Below, one piece after another: positions 15,961 through 25,436 of a stretch of DNA of 64,000 nucleotides. The translations under genes were made by a program, and so were the position numbers. How positions within the stretch are numbered: the stretch's first letter is position 1; every line of letters starts with the position of its first letter. The stretch covers positions 81,907 to 145,906 of the forward strand of contig CAZMSJ010000001.1 of the NCBI GenBank assembly GCA_964568925.1. Reading direction: 5' to 3'. The DNA comes from an uncultured Gammaproteobacteria bacterium (lineage in GTDB: Bacteria; Patescibacteriota; Microgenomatia; UBA8517). A model generated the notes under the pieces. It was not told where the DNA came from. It saw nothing but the letters and a program-made list of their open reading frames with translations, and did not search any database.

Positions 15961-15988
15961 ATGCCCTGATATGCTCAGGGCATTTTTG
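15961..15988 (+). terminator. Rho-independent terminator
   Basis: Stem ATGCCCTGA (15961-15969) / TCAGGGCAT (15975-15983), followed by a T-run. Confidence 0.75.
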
Positions 15989-16029
15989 TGGCTGTTTGTT
16001 TTGGTTTGTTGTGATACAAATAGAAATAA

Positions 16030-17514
16030 ATGGCTGAGAGAGAAGGACGATCAGAGTATTCTCCGGTGTATCTTGAGCGAGAGCCACTCCAAGATCATTG
16101 CGGTGTCGTCGCCGCTTTTTGCCCAGAAGGTACTCCTTTTTTTGTCTCAGGTGTTGCAGGTCTTCAAAAAATACAAACTCGTGGATACGATGGCGCTGGG
16201 GTGTGTATGGTGTCCCGAGATGGAGATATTGATACATACAAAAACACGGGGGTGATTAGCCAGGTGTTTACCAAAGAGGTGGTACAACGATTCAAAGAAC
16301 AGGAAGGTAAAACCTGGTTGTTTCAAACACGGTACGGGACAAGTGGAGCGTCAGCCTTTGATAATGTTCAACCAATTATTCGGAATCACTTGTCAGGAGA
16401 GTCATTTGCGTTTGTTCACAATGGACAGTTTGCAAATGAAACCGTTGTTTTTGGAGCTGACAGTGATAGCGTTCGTTTTGCAGATACCTTGGCGCAGTCT
16501 TGTGGAGAAACATGGGACGAGCGAATTCTTTCATTACATAACCAATCATCCGGCGCATGGTCAGCCTGCATTGCAACTGAGAATGAGTTGTTTCTTTTGC
16601 GAGATAGATTTGGCATTCGTCCACTTTCTTTCGGAATGAAAATGGATAGGAACGACAAGAGTGTATGGGTAGTTGCAAGTGAAACTGCTGCACTTAACGT
16701 AATGGGGGTAACATCTATTCGTGAAGTTCTTCCTGGTTCAGTTATTAAACTTGATGAGAAAGGTATGCATATTATCCAAACACCGGACACGGTGGATCAG
16801 GATAAGGCTGCTTGTATTTTTGAGAATATATATCTTGCGAATGGAAATAGTGCAGTTCATGCAACGAGAGAGACTGATCTAGAGATCCAAGAATCATTGT
16901 CAGTGACACAGTTTCGTAGGCAGTGTGGAAGACTCTTGGCACAAGAGGAACTGCTTGATATGCCACATCTTGTTGATTACGCCATTGGGGTCCCTGGGAC
17001 CGGTATCGCAGGAGGGAGGGAGTATGCAGAGTATGTCGGTGTTCCATACATACAGGCAATATCAGATGTTCGTCCTCCAGAGACAGATGCACGTACCTTT
17101 ATGACACCTGATATCAATCAAATTCCACAAAAAATACGAGACCATTTTTATTTTGAAAAAAATTATTTAGCAGGAATGCGAGTTGTCTTAGTTGATGATT
17201 CAATGGTTCGGGGGAACATCACGAAAGGAATTATTCGAATGCTTAAGGAGGAGTGTGGTGTTCAATCAGTACATATTCGTATCTTGTGTCCACCGATTGA
17301 TAAACCATGTTATTTGGGAATTAATACAAGAAGCCCGAAAGAGCTTATTGCATACAGAAACGATAATGACATTGAAAAAATCAGAGAAGAAATTGGAGCT
17401 GATTCACTTTCATTTTTATCTGACACGGCAGTTATTCGAGCCACTGATTCTCATGGTGGTTTTTGCCTCGGGTGTATGGCACACCACAACCCACCAACGG
17501 GGCCTCATTCTTGA
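16030..17514 (+). CDS. purF: Amidophosphoribosyltransferase-like protein (class II glutamine amidotransferase + PRTase)
   Basis: An N-terminal propeptide is followed by CGVVAAF, the Ntn catalytic Cys. The PRTase motif VVLVDDSMVRGNI is present, and a C-terminal Cys cluster is PurF-like. Confidence 0.75.
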   Translation: MAEREGRSEYSPVYLEREPLQDHCGVVAAFCPEGTPFFVSGVAGLQKIQTRGYDGAGVCMVSRDGDIDTYKNTGVISQVFTKEVVQRFKEQEGKTWLFQTRYGTSGASAFDNVQPIIRNHLSGESFAFVHNGQFANETVVFGADSDSVRFADTLAQSCGETWDERILSLHNQSSGAWSACIATENELFLLRDRFGIRPLSFGMKMDRNDKSVWVVASETAALNVMGVTSIREVLPGSVIKLDEKGMHIIQTPDTVDQDKAACIFENIYLANGNSAVHATRETDLEIQESLSVTQFRRQCGRLLAQEELLDMPHLVDYAIGVPGTGIAGGREYAEYVGVPYIQAISDVRPPETDARTFMTPDINQIPQKIRDHFYFEKNYLAGMRVVLVDDSMVRGNITKGIIRMLKEECGVQSVHIRILCPPIDKPCYLGINTRSPKELIAYRNDNDIEKIREEIGADSLSFLSDTAVIRATDSHGGFCLGCMAHHNPPTGPHS

Positions 17515-17597
17515 TTGTAGATACGTCTCATAGTACAATATCCGTGTTTGTTTCCTCCTGCTTCGTACGTAATTTAAAAAAAGGAGTACGTGTTCAC

Positions 17598-18395
17598 ATG
17601 GAAAAACCAATTAGTGGTAATTCATGGCACTTTAAAATCTACCAGTGGTGGAAAAACGAGTCTCATTTTGACAAAGACAAACCATTAGGGTTTCGAGAAA
17701 ATCTTTGCCACTATATGAGAGTGGTGTTGATTTGGGGGCCAATTGGATGGTTCTTTCAATACCCACTGTGGGGAAAGATTCCACCTGCTTTATATGTAAT
17801 TGGCGCTGGGGTTCTTGTTATGCTTGGTGTGATTGCCTCGGTTAATCCATTAGCACTTGTTGTTGGAATTGGGATGGTTGTGGCCACTATAGCGTTCATT
17901 ATGGTCGCAATTTTCCTTGCAGAACTTTCAGAGCGACCAAATACGGCAGGTCGTTTTATTCGAATACTGACCTCGCCCATATCTTTTTTAATTCGCAAGT
18001 GGATGAGTTTTTTAAACACCGTTGTCGAGCCACTGCTGTTTACGAAGAATAAGTACCTTATTCATTCGTGGGTACTCTTGTACTGCCTTTTAGGTGGTGT
18101 CATAACGCTTGCATTTGGACTCGCTGGTCTCCAAACATACGTAATTGGGACTATTGTTTTGTCCTTTGCACTGGCAGCTGCTGCTGGAATTCTTGTTACC
18201 ATTTTTGCGATTCATTCTACAATTGAAGGGTACAAGGAACGCAATGCAAAGCAGAACACCGTGAAGGGGATAAGCACCGTTGGCCTGTTTCGTGCCTTTC
18301 TAAACACGAAACGAGGTTCTCGTATTTGCCCATATATTAAGCTTCCAGCAGAGGAAGGGGAGATCGTAAATGATTTACCATCAACACCCGTCTGA
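17598..18395 (+). CDS. Multi-pass membrane protein, function unknown
   Basis: The start is set at the ATG at 17598, with AAGGAG at 17581-17586. This avoids a 52-nt overlap with purF. Several TM helices are present. Confidence 0.55.
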   Translation: MEKPISGNSWHFKIYQWWKNESHFDKDKPLGFRENLCHYMRVVLIWGPIGWFFQYPLWGKIPPALYVIGAGVLVMLGVIASVNPLALVVGIGMVVATIAFIMVAIFLAELSERPNTAGRFIRILTSPISFLIRKWMSFLNTVVEPLLFTKNKYLIHSWVLLYCLLGGVITLAFGLAGLQTYVIGTIVLSFALAAAAGILVTIFAIHSTIEGYKERNAKQNTVKGISTVGLFRAFLNTKRGSRICPYIKLPAEEGEIVNDLPSTPV

Positions 18396-18795
18396 TTTTA
18401 ATCAGGCAGTTACCGTAATTGGGTGTTTCTTAGTGCATGATGGAAAGATCCTTCTTTTGAAGGGTGCTAAAGCTCCACGATTTGGATTGTGGTGTGTTCC
18501 AGGTGGCGAAGTGAAAGAAGGTGAACTGGACATCGAAACACTCGTCCGTGAGGTTAAGGAGCAGACAGGACTTGAGATCGATGGGTATTTTATTGAATGG
18601 TTTAGTCCATTTTTTGTTCGAAACCCAAAGTCTGATTTTGTCTACAAGCTCTGCCGAGTGGTTCTTCCACCAACGTCTCGTCATAGGTGGTTGCCCATAC
18701 ATGCTGCTTATCTCTGGCAAACACCAGAAAAAGCACTGCAATGTCTGATTGAAGATGAAGCTCATATCCTGAAGCTTTGTTACAATCTGTTTTGA
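18370..18795 (+). CDS. NUDIX hydrolase
   Basis: Canonical Nudix box GGEVKEGELDIETLVREVKEQTGL. Confidence 0.8.
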   Translation: MIYHQHPSDFNQAVTVIGCFLVHDGKILLLKGAKAPRFGLWCVPGGEVKEGELDIETLVREVKEQTGLEIDGYFIEWFSPFFVRNPKSDFVYKLCRVVLPPTSRHRWLPIHAAYLWQTPEKALQCLIEDEAHILKLCYNLF

Positions 18796-18806
18796 TACTC
18801 TAAGGG

Positions 18807-19358
18807 TCAGCTTCGCTGGCCCTTTTTTGTTGTCTCAAGAGTTTCGAGAACCTTATATGCCATAACGGCTGTCGTTCCCCAGACATTAAATGATTTATTA
18901 AATCCGTACATTGGTAGCTCCACAATGACATCAACTACTTCAAGTGCTTGTTGTGTCACACCGTCACTTTCATGTCCTGCAACAAGCGCTACGGGAAAAG
19001 AAGGGGAATAGTCCTTCCACGAAATAGACCGATCACTCTGTTCAACTGCAATTGTTTGAACACCTTTTTCTTTCAATTCAAGAATGACTTCGTAAGCTGT
19101 ATCTCTCTTTTCCCAAGGTACCCAATTCTCGGTTCCAACCGCTGCTTTGTGTATTCGAGAGTTTGGTGGAAACTCCATGTTGCCGCACAAATATACTTTT
19201 GCAGCACCGATGGCGTCAGCCAGTCGAAACATAGAACCAATGTTATATGTGTCCCAGACGTTATCTAAAACCAGATAGATTGGATTTTTGTGTCGATTTT
19301 TAATCTGTTCTTCTGTCGGGGTGAGTTTTCGAAGCTCTTTTGAGTTATATATTCCCAT
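18807..19358 (-). CDS. SpoU/TrmH-family (SPOUT) RNA 2'-O-methyltransferase
   Basis: Motifs LVLDNVWDTYNIGSMFRLADAIGA, LVAGHESDGV and ELPMYGFNKSFNVWGTTAV are present. Confidence 0.8.
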   Translation of the reverse strand: MGIYNSKELRKLTPTEEQIKNRHKNPIYLVLDNVWDTYNIGSMFRLADAIGAAKVYLCGNMEFPPNSRIHKAAVGTENWVPWEKRDTAYEVILELKEKGVQTIAVEQSDRSISWKDYSPSFPVALVAGHESDGVTQQALEVVDVIVELPMYGFNKSFNVWGTTAVMAYKVLETLETTKKGQRS

Positions 19359-19432
19359 AGCTAGTCAAAAGTATACAGGAAAGAAGACCTAAATCCAAAA
19401 AAATACTCCACGATTTCTCGTGGAGTGGACTC

Positions 19433-20173
19433 TTAGTTCCAAGGCAGTCTGCAAATTAACGGTATTACTTCCGTTAGCTCTTTAATCGCGTGTGCCCCAA
19501 CTGGAAGGGTGCCTTGGCGATATAAGTTCCAACCATCTGGTTTATCTACCCAAATGAGCATATTTACCCCGCATTTTCGGGCAGGCCACATGTCTGTTAA
19601 TATGCTGTCACCTATGGCAATTACCTCACTTGGTGCCACATTCAGTGCCTTAATTGCTTGTGCCCAATGTCGTTCAGTTTTGTGTTCTGACTCTGGCACA
19701 ATGTGCAATTGTTCAATGTAGAAATGCAACTTGTGAGATGAAAGCTTTAAATCTGTCCATTCACCGTTGCCATGAGTGATGATTGCCAAAGGAATTTGTG
19801 ATTCTTTGACTTCACGCAAAAAATCGAGCGCGCCCATACGAAGATCGGGGACCGTTTCATACACTTTCAGCATAAAACCCAATGCATTCACTATTACCTC
19901 TTCGCTTGACCGGCCATATATCGTGACAAGTTCAACAGCAATTTTCTTCCAGTTACTTTTCTTTATTGATTCACTTGCGTAGAGCTCTTTACTTAGTCTG
20001 TGTACGTGAGCTTCAATCTCAAAGCGTGGAATGCTTGGAATTGCTGCATGTACCGTTGAACAGAAAAGCTCTATTTGACGGGTAAAAATACGATTTGTGT
20101 GCAAAATTGTATCGTCTAGATCGCAGAGAATTACTTTCGCCTTAAGTCGCTGCATTGCGTCAGAAAAGTTCAC
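19433..20173 (-). CDS. HAD-superfamily hydrolase
   Basis: Motif I is ILCDLDDTILH (DxDxT). Motif IV is AIGDSILTDM. Confidence 0.75.
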   Translation of the reverse strand: MNFSDAMQRLKAKVILCDLDDTILHTNRIFTRQIELFCSTVHAAIPSIPRFEIEAHVHRLSKELYASESIKKSNWKKIAVELVTIYGRSSEEVIVNALGFMLKVYETVPDLRMGALDFLREVKESQIPLAIITHGNGEWTDLKLSSHKLHFYIEQLHIVPESEHKTERHWAQAIKALNVAPSEVIAIGDSILTDMWPARKCGVNMLIWVDKPDGWNLYRQGTLPVGAHAIKELTEVIPLICRLPWN

Positions 20174-20261
20174 GGTTAACTCCTTTTTAATGTTCTGATT
20201 CTCTTAAGTTACATATAAGATTCGTGAATAGTATTCCTTTTTTGTTTAAAATACAAAAAAA

Positions 20262-20333
20262 GCTTCCGTAGCTTAACGGATAAAGTATCAGTTTCCGGAA
20301 CTGATGATAGTGGTTCGATTCCACTCGGGAGCA
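20262..20333 (+). tRNA. tRNA-Arg(CCG)
   Basis: Hand fold: acceptor GCTTCCG/CGGGAGC, anticodon stem TCAGT/ACTGA, loop TTCCGGA, T-arm AGTGG/CCACT, and A73. Confidence 0.8.
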
Positions 20334-20356
20334 CCTTGTGTTTGTAAACGTTTCTC

Positions 20357-20758
20357 ATGCTAGAATTATTTGTGAAACAAACTATTCGTCCTGCTGGAGT
20401 GACAGCACTTTCTGTTTCCTCTTTCATTATCTCTGTCATAATGGGGCGCTTCGTAATTATGGCACTTCCAGCTCTTGCCTTTGGAGGAGTGGAAGATAAC
20501 TCCTACGTTGTTTTCCTTTTGTTACCTCTTCTTCTTTTTGTCCTTGCTATCCATTTATGGAGAATGATGTGGTTCGCTATTTACTTATATTTGTTGAGTG
20601 GTTTGTGTGTTGGCTTCATTTCTTTTTTATTAGTTGAAAGTAAATTGCTTATGCCAAAGACAATTGAACCCAGAATTCTCCTTTCATTTATCATTTTTTA
20701 CAGTCTTTATTTCCTTTGTTTTGTATACCTTCTCAAGAAGAGGAACCTTTTTCATTAA
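20357..20758 (+). CDS. Membrane protein, function unknown (start uncertain)
   Basis: Four hydrophobic helices. The ORF-track start is only 24 nt after the tRNA, so an internal Met (MGRFVIMALP) is also possible. Confidence 0.45.
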   Translation: MLELFVKQTIRPAGVTALSVSSFIISVIMGRFVIMALPALAFGGVEDNSYVVFLLLPLLLFVLAIHLWRMMWFAIYLYLLSGLCVGFISFLLVESKLLMPKTIEPRILLSFIIFYSLYFLCFVYLLKKRNLFH

Positions 20759-20818
20759 ATTGACTTCATTTTGAAACCAGTGGTATTGTTGCGTAGTTTT
20801 ACTTTAAGGAGGTTATTC

Positions 20819-21157
20819 TTGGTCATACGATTTTTTCTTGTGTTTGTTGCTCATACATTCAGAAGTGGAAGATCATATAGTGCACTGCTTGTGGATGAAG
20901 ACATTGTCTTCAACAGTACACGGACAGACAAAGACACTTTGTTGTCTTATCTAACTCTTGTAACACGTATATCTCCTGATGTGTCGCTTGTTCCGTGGTT
21001 TACAGACATAACACGAGCCAAAGCATTTGGTTCATTGCTTGTCCAGGAAGCCAAAGCCACAAATCGTTTCGTACATCAGGATGCGTTACGAAGAGAAGTC
21101 TTTACTGGCGTTTTGTATGAATTCTCTCAAAAAGGGAATCGAACGAAACGAGTGTAG
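20819..21157 (+). CDS. Hypothetical protein
   Basis: A TTG start at 20819 lies 6 nt after AAGGAGG (20806-20812). A strong terminator follows. Confidence 0.45.
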   Translation: MVIRFFLVFVAHTFRSGRSYSALLVDEDIVFNSTRTDKDTLLSYLTLVTRISPDVSLVPWFTDITRAKAFGSLLVQEAKATNRFVHQDALRREVFTGVLYEFSQKGNRTKRV

Positions 21158-21165
21158 TTATCTAT

Positions 21166-21196
21166 GGCACCGAAGATCTTCGGTGCCCATTTTTTG
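21166..21196 (+). terminator. Rho-independent terminator
   Basis: GGCACCGAAG (21166-21175) / CTTCGGTGCC (21178-21187), followed by CATTTTTTG. Confidence 0.8.
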
Positions 21197-21203
21197 TTTA
21201 AGG

Positions 21204-21209
21204 TATAAT
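21204..21209 (+). promoter_or_regulatory. -10 box TATAAT for dnaG (leaderless geometry)
   Basis: GGTATAATCAGG, with the ATG at 21216 only 6 nt downstream. The GTATAATCAGG 11-mer is repeated at the rpoD promoter. Confidence 0.5.
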
Positions 21210-21215
21210 CAGGCC

Positions 21216-22955
21216 ATGCACGACCAAGTACGGGAAGTGAAAGAGAAGACAGATATAGTGGCCGTTATTGGTGAGTATGTAAATTTAAAGCAAGCAGGTC
21301 GCCGTTTTACTGGACTCTGTCCATTCCACAAAGAAAAATCCCCATCATTTACTGTTTCTCCTGATATGCAAATGTATAAGTGTTTTGGTTGTGGGGAAGC
21401 AGGAGACGTCTTCACTTTTTTAGAAAAACATGAGGGGATGGAATTTCGAGATGCCTTAAAGTTTCTTGCGGGTCGTGTCGGTGTCGTCCTTACTGAACCT
21501 GACTCAAAAGTTTCAAGAGAGCGTCAGTTACTCGTTGAAATAAACGAAGCAGCTGCGTCCTTTTATCACTATTTACTCAAAACCCATGTCCTTGGTGCTC
21601 CCATGAGAGCGTACCTTTCGGGGCGTGGTATTGAAGACCGAACAATTGACACCTTCCGGTTAGGTGCAGCAGCCCAGTCACCAAATGCATTGTTTACCTA
21701 CCTTACGCAAAAGAAAAAGTATGCTCCTCAAATGATTGAATTAGCCGGTCTTATTTATAAGACGGAGCGAGGATACCTTGATCGGTTCCGTGGTCGTGTG
21801 ATGTTTCCTATTTGTGACCATCATGGGGAAACGATAGCAGTTGCTGGTCGTATTTTGCCGCAATTTGATAATGGAAAGGTCGGAAAGTATGTCAATTCGC
21901 CAGAAACACCGATATACCACAAAGGGTCCTCTTTGTATGGAATTCATGTGACAAAAGCTGACATGAAGCGAGCTGATATGGCCGTTGTTGTTGAAGGAGA
22001 AATGGATTTATTATCCGCTTGGCAGGCTGGGGTAACCAACGTTGTTGCCATCAAAGGCTCTGCCTTTACGGAAGGACAGTTAACGGTGTTGTCTCGATAT
22101 GTGCGACAAACAACACTGGCCCTAGATAGTGATTTCGCCGGAAGCAATGCAGCACTTAAAGGTATCTTTTTGGCAGAGAAAATGGGAATGACGGTGAAAG
22201 TGGTACAACTGGGGGACTACAAAGATCCAGATGAGTTTGCCAAAGCTGATGCAAAAGGATTTATCATTGCGGTACGCGAAGCAATTGGCGTGTGGGATTT
22301 TATTATTGAATTTACTCTTTCAAAATTTGATGTGACAACCGGTGAGGGAGTGCGAAATGTGAGTCGAGAATTAATGCCACTTTTGGCACAGATTGAAGAC
22401 AAGGTTGTTCAGGCAAGATATGTGCAGTACCTCGCGATGAGACTTAAAGTTCCGCCAGAGGCTGTTATTTCACAGTTGTCACAGACTCCTCAACAGAAAT
22501 TAAGCCAGACACAGTCACTTGGTGTCTACACTCCTGAAGTACTTGATCGACGAGAAATGCTTGAAAGAAGATTGTTTGCAGCACTTATTCTCGAAAAAAT
22601 AGATGCATCTACTGAGATTCTTCTTGATGATGTGTCACTTCGTGACATTTATCAAAAGTATTTAGTGTGGAGTGGAGAGAACAAGGGCAAGCCACTTTCA
22701 GAATTTGCCGTTACTCTTGAAAAAAACTATGCTGACCTTCTGTCTAATATCATTTTATCCCAAGAAGACGACATTTTAGAAACATCACTTTTGAAAAAAG
22801 AGTTGTCTCAAATTGTCTTAAGAGAGAAATTAGCGGCAGCTAGTGATGAAATTGCGGCTGCAGAACGGGCAAATGATGAGGAGAGACTCACTCTCGCACT
22901 AAACAAACATCGTGACCTGACGGCAAAACTTGCTCAATTTACTGCTTCCTCTTGA
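21216..22955 (+). CDS. dnaG: DNA primase DnaG
   Basis: CHC2 zinc finger (CPFHKEKSPSFTVSPDMQMYKCFGCGEAGD) and Toprim motifs (VVVEGEMDLLS, LALDSDFAG). The start is set at Met64 of the track ORF, after the terminator and -10 box. Confidence 0.9.
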   Translation: MHDQVREVKEKTDIVAVIGEYVNLKQAGRRFTGLCPFHKEKSPSFTVSPDMQMYKCFGCGEAGDVFTFLEKHEGMEFRDALKFLAGRVGVVLTEPDSKVSRERQLLVEINEAAASFYHYLLKTHVLGAPMRAYLSGRGIEDRTIDTFRLGAAAQSPNALFTYLTQKKKYAPQMIELAGLIYKTERGYLDRFRGRVMFPICDHHGETIAVAGRILPQFDNGKVGKYVNSPETPIYHKGSSLYGIHVTKADMKRADMAVVVEGEMDLLSAWQAGVTNVVAIKGSAFTEGQLTVLSRYVRQTTLALDSDFAGSNAALKGIFLAEKMGMTVKVVQLGDYKDPDEFAKADAKGFIIAVREAIGVWDFIIEFTLSKFDVTTGEGVRNVSRELMPLLAQIEDKVVQARYVQYLAMRLKVPPEAVISQLSQTPQQKLSQTQSLGVYTPEVLDRREMLERRLFAALILEKIDASTEILLDDVSLRDIYQKYLVWSGENKGKPLSEFAVTLEKNYADLLSNIILSQEDDILETSLLKKELSQIVLREKLAAASDEIAAAERANDEERLTLALNKHRDLTAKLAQFTASS

Positions 22956-22963
22956 TCCGTACA

Positions 22964-22969
22964 GGGTTT
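22964..22969 (+). promoter_or_regulatory. -10 box TATAAT upstream of rpoD
   Basis: AGTATAATCAGG lies 60 nt upstream of the rpoD ATG. It shares GTATAATCAGG with the dnaG promoter. Confidence 0.45.
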
Positions 22970-23029
22970 AGAGTATAATCAGGACTAGACATCTGTTCTT
23001 CTTTTTGTGCCTCGTTTCGAGTCCAAAAT

Positions 23030-24112
23030 ATGACAACACTCAGAAAACCTAGCTTAGAACTTATCAAAAAAGGAAAATCACAAGGGTTTATTACCCAAGA
23101 GGATATTCTTGATGTGTTTCCAGATGCAGAAAATCGACTTGCTGAACTTGATGTTTTTTACGAACAATTAATTGTTGAAGGAGTCGACGTTTTTGAATCA
23201 GTTGCGGCCGACGAAGCCGGACTTGAGAGTGCTACCGCTTCACTAGATCAGGAACTAGAAATCTTAACAAAGCTTGAAGGAACTGAGTCAACAGATCCTG
23301 TTCGCCAATACTTGCGAGAAATTGGTAAATATCCACTGTTGGATGCTGAAGAAGAAATTGAACTTGCAAAAAACTACGAAAAGCAGAGTAAGCGAGCTAA
23401 AGATAAATTGATTGAGAGTAATCTTCGTTTGGTTGTCTCCATTGCAAAAAAATATATCGGTCGAGGACTTTCTCTCTTGGACTTAATTCAGGAAGGGAAT
23501 CAGGGCTTAATTCGTGCTGTTGAAAAGTATGACTGGCGCCGTGGATTTAAGTTCTCAACCTATGCTACCTGGTGGATTCGACAGGCAATTACTCGTGCAA
23601 TTGCAGATCAAGCTCGAACAATTCGTATTCCAGTACACATGGTCGAAACAATCAACAAACTCTATAGAACAAGTCAAAAATTGATGCAAGAGTTGGGACG
23701 AGAACCAACACCAGAGGAAATTGGACAGGAGTTAGAGCTCTCAGCAGATCGTGTTCGTGAAATCTTCAAGATTTCCCAGGAAACAACATCACTAGACACA
23801 AAGGTTGGAGAAGATGAAGATTCAACATTGGGAGACTTTATTCCAGATGAATCTCAAGACTCACCAGTTGATGCTGCATCAAAACAATTGTTGAAAGACC
23901 ACCTTGAGGAAGTATTGGGAACCTTGACTGAGCGAGAAAGTAAAGTTTTGGCATTGCGATTTGGTTTGGACGGAGGACAGGCAAGAACCTTGGAAGAAGT
24001 TGGAAAAGTTTTTGGTGTTACTCGAGAACGTATCCGACAAATTGAGGCAAAAGCACTCAGAAAGCTTCGTCATCCTTCACGACGAAAGAAGTTGCAAGAT
24101 TATTTGGACTAA
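23030..24112 (+). CDS. rpoD: Primary RNA polymerase sigma factor (sigma-70 family, RpoD-like)
   Basis: Region 1.2 is [11 protein letters not shown]. Region 2 is [40 protein letters not shown]. Region 4 is [28 protein letters not shown]. Confidence 0.92.
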   Translation: MTTLRKPSLELIKKGKSQGFITQEDILDVFPDAENRLAELDVFYEQLIVEGVDVFESVAADEAGLESATASLDQELEILTKLEGTESTDPVRQYLREIGKYPLLDAEEEIELAKNYEKQSKRAKDKLIESNLRLVVSIAKKYIGRGLSLLDLIQEGNQGLIRAVEKYDWRRGFKFSTYATWWIRQAITRAIADQARTIRIPVHMVETINKLYRTSQKLMQELGREPTPEEIGQELELSADRVREIFKISQETTSLDTKVGEDEDSTLGDFIPDESQDSPVDAASKQLLKDHLEEVLGTLTERESKVLALRFGLDGGQARTLEEVGKVFGVTRERIRQIEAKALRKLRHPSRRKKLQDYLD

Positions 24113-24204
24113 TTCTGTTTTATTTTTTTCTCTGCTCACTTTGAAAATTGCGTCTCTCCACGATATACTATCCAGGCACTTTTGCATTTGAAGGGAGGTT
24201 CTTT

Positions 24205-24465
24205 GTGGGAACGCTCGTAATTTTTGTCATTTGGGGAGTATTGATAGCTTTATTATCAGCTGCGACTCGAAGCATGGTACGAGAAAAGTTGCCACCAGTG
24301 GGAATATATACATTACCAGTAGTTCCATTTTGTTTGTCCCTGCTTCTACTTTTGTATCATGATTTTGGAGGATTACGGAATGTTGCAATTCTCGTTGCTC
24401 TTGTTGCAATGTTTTTCTTGTACGATACTGTTTGTATTTGGATAGAAAGGAAATACCACTTCTAG
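24205..24465 (+). CDS. Small membrane protein
   Basis: A GTG at 24205 lies 6 nt after GAAGGGAGG. Three hydrophobic helices are present and a terminator follows. Confidence 0.5.
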   Translation: MGTLVIFVIWGVLIALLSAATRSMVREKLPPVGIYTLPVVPFCLSLLLLLYHDFGGLRNVAILVALVAMFFLYDTVCIWIERKYHF

Positions 24466-24479
24466 CCGCATTGCAGTTT

Positions 24480-24510
24480 GGCTACCCGTTTTACGGGTGG
24501 CCATTTTTTG
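24480..24510 (+). terminator. Rho-independent terminator
   Basis: 9-bp stem GGCTACCCG / CGGGTGGCC with one G-U pair, a 5-nt loop, and T6. Confidence 0.75.
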
Positions 24511-24523
24511 TAAGGATAAGGTC

Positions 24524-24868
24524 TCAATCTGTCGTTTGAGGTTTTATTTCCACCTGACGTATGGGAAACTTCATGAATTTTTTTAGTCTCTTTGCTCTGT
24601 TTTTGATCTTATCAATTGTTAGGTTTTCAATATCAATTATTGTTCCAGAACAACTACCAATGGTGTAGGCGATAAAGCCGGGAATGTTGCTACTCACGTC
24701 TTTGGCAAGTTGCCAAATGATAAAGAAGGCGATGAAGTTTTCTAAGAAGACCACGGTAGCAGCAGCCTTGTTATTGCGTTTTGCAATAAAGGCCGTTCGT
24801 TGGGTTATCAAAAACATTTCGATAAAGCCCACAAAAAGATAGCTGGTGGTTTTTAAGAGAAAGTCCAT
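24524..24868 (-). CDS. Membrane protein resembling the DUF5698 / UPF0316 N-terminal module
   Basis: The pattern TQRTAFIAKRNNKAAATVVFLENFIAFFIIWQL...FIAYTIGSCSG recalls YebE-like UPF0316 proteins from memory. Confidence 0.45.
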   Translation of the reverse strand: MDFLLKTTSYLFVGFIEMFLITQRTAFIAKRNNKAAATVVFLENFIAFFIIWQLAKDVSSNIPGFIAYTIGSCSGTIIDIENLTIDKIKNRAKRLKKFMKFPIRQVEIKPQTTD

Positions 24869-25007
24869 TTTGAGGGGGTTCTCCTTCTTTGTTGGACACA
24901 GTTATTGGTTCCATATTGGTTGGTTTAGGCTAAAAAGACACGTGAGAATTGTGCCTGATACGCCTATTTTAGCCTATTTGTAGGTGTTTTGGCAAATTTG
25001 CCCTTGG

Positions 25008-25036
25008 TTGACAAAAGAACCACAAAAACCGATAAT
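25008..25036 (+). promoter_or_regulatory. Sigma-70-type promoter (TTGACA-17-GATAAT)
   Basis: TTGACA at 25008-25013, a 17-nt spacer, and GATAAT at 25031-25036. Downstream lie the RBS AAGGAAAGGTG and the ATG at 25075. Confidence 0.6.
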
Positions 25037-25074
25037 ATGCCGTTATTGACTCATGTAAGAAGGAAAGGTGTCAT

Positions 25075-25356
25075 ATGCCAGAGCTCTATATTGGTGTAAT
25101 TGCATTTGCCTGGCTCGTCTTTTTTCTTGTTGTCGTGTTTTGTCTTGTACTTGTTCTTTCAGCACTTGCACTCTCCTGTGGGGTAATTCCCACACGAGTA
25201 TCAACAATCTTTTTGTTTGCTTTCTTAAGTTTACTTTCTAGTTCTATGTTGTTTCGTGATGGGGGAACCTTTTTCATAAGCTGGGCATGTTTTTTAATTC
25301 ATCTCCTGCTTTTGGATGCTCCTGATACATACAATTACTTGAACGAGAAGTGGTAG
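25075..25356 (+). CDS. Small membrane protein
   Basis: 93 aa with three hydrophobic helices, flanked by a promoter and a terminator. Confidence 0.55.
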   Translation: MPELYIGVIAFAWLVFFLVVVFCLVLVLSALALSCGVIPTRVSTIFLFAFLSLLSSSMLFRDGGTFFISWACFLIHLLLLDAPDTYNYLNEKW

Positions 25357-25362
25357 TAAGAG

Positions 25363-25390
25363 AGCGTGCCGTTTGGCACGCTTGTTTTTG
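25363..25390 (+). terminator. Rho-independent terminator
   Basis: AGCGTGCC (25363-25370) / GGCACGCT (25375-25382), followed by TGTTTTT. Confidence 0.8.
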
Positions 25391-25436
25391 TGCCCAAAAA
25401 GCAGAAGTTAGTTTTCTTTGTTTCTTTTGCTTGTTG

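Noticed and set aside
18801-18830. A hairpin, GGGTCAGC-TTCG-GCTGGCCC plus T-run, after the NUDIX gene, considered as a terminator feature.
   Set aside because: It is probably functional for the plus-strand gene. However, the stem is imperfect and lies inside the 3' coding end of the convergent trmH-like gene, so I did not list it as an independent feature.
20209-20439. A 76-aa minus-strand ORF.
   Set aside because: It spans the antisense of tRNA-Arg(CCG), and no expression signals are present.
21027-21215. The N-terminal 63-codon extension of the dnaG ORF in the track.
   Set aside because: The extension overlaps the preceding gene, its rho-independent terminator (21166-21196) and the -10 box. 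The conserved primase zinc finger begins right after Met64.
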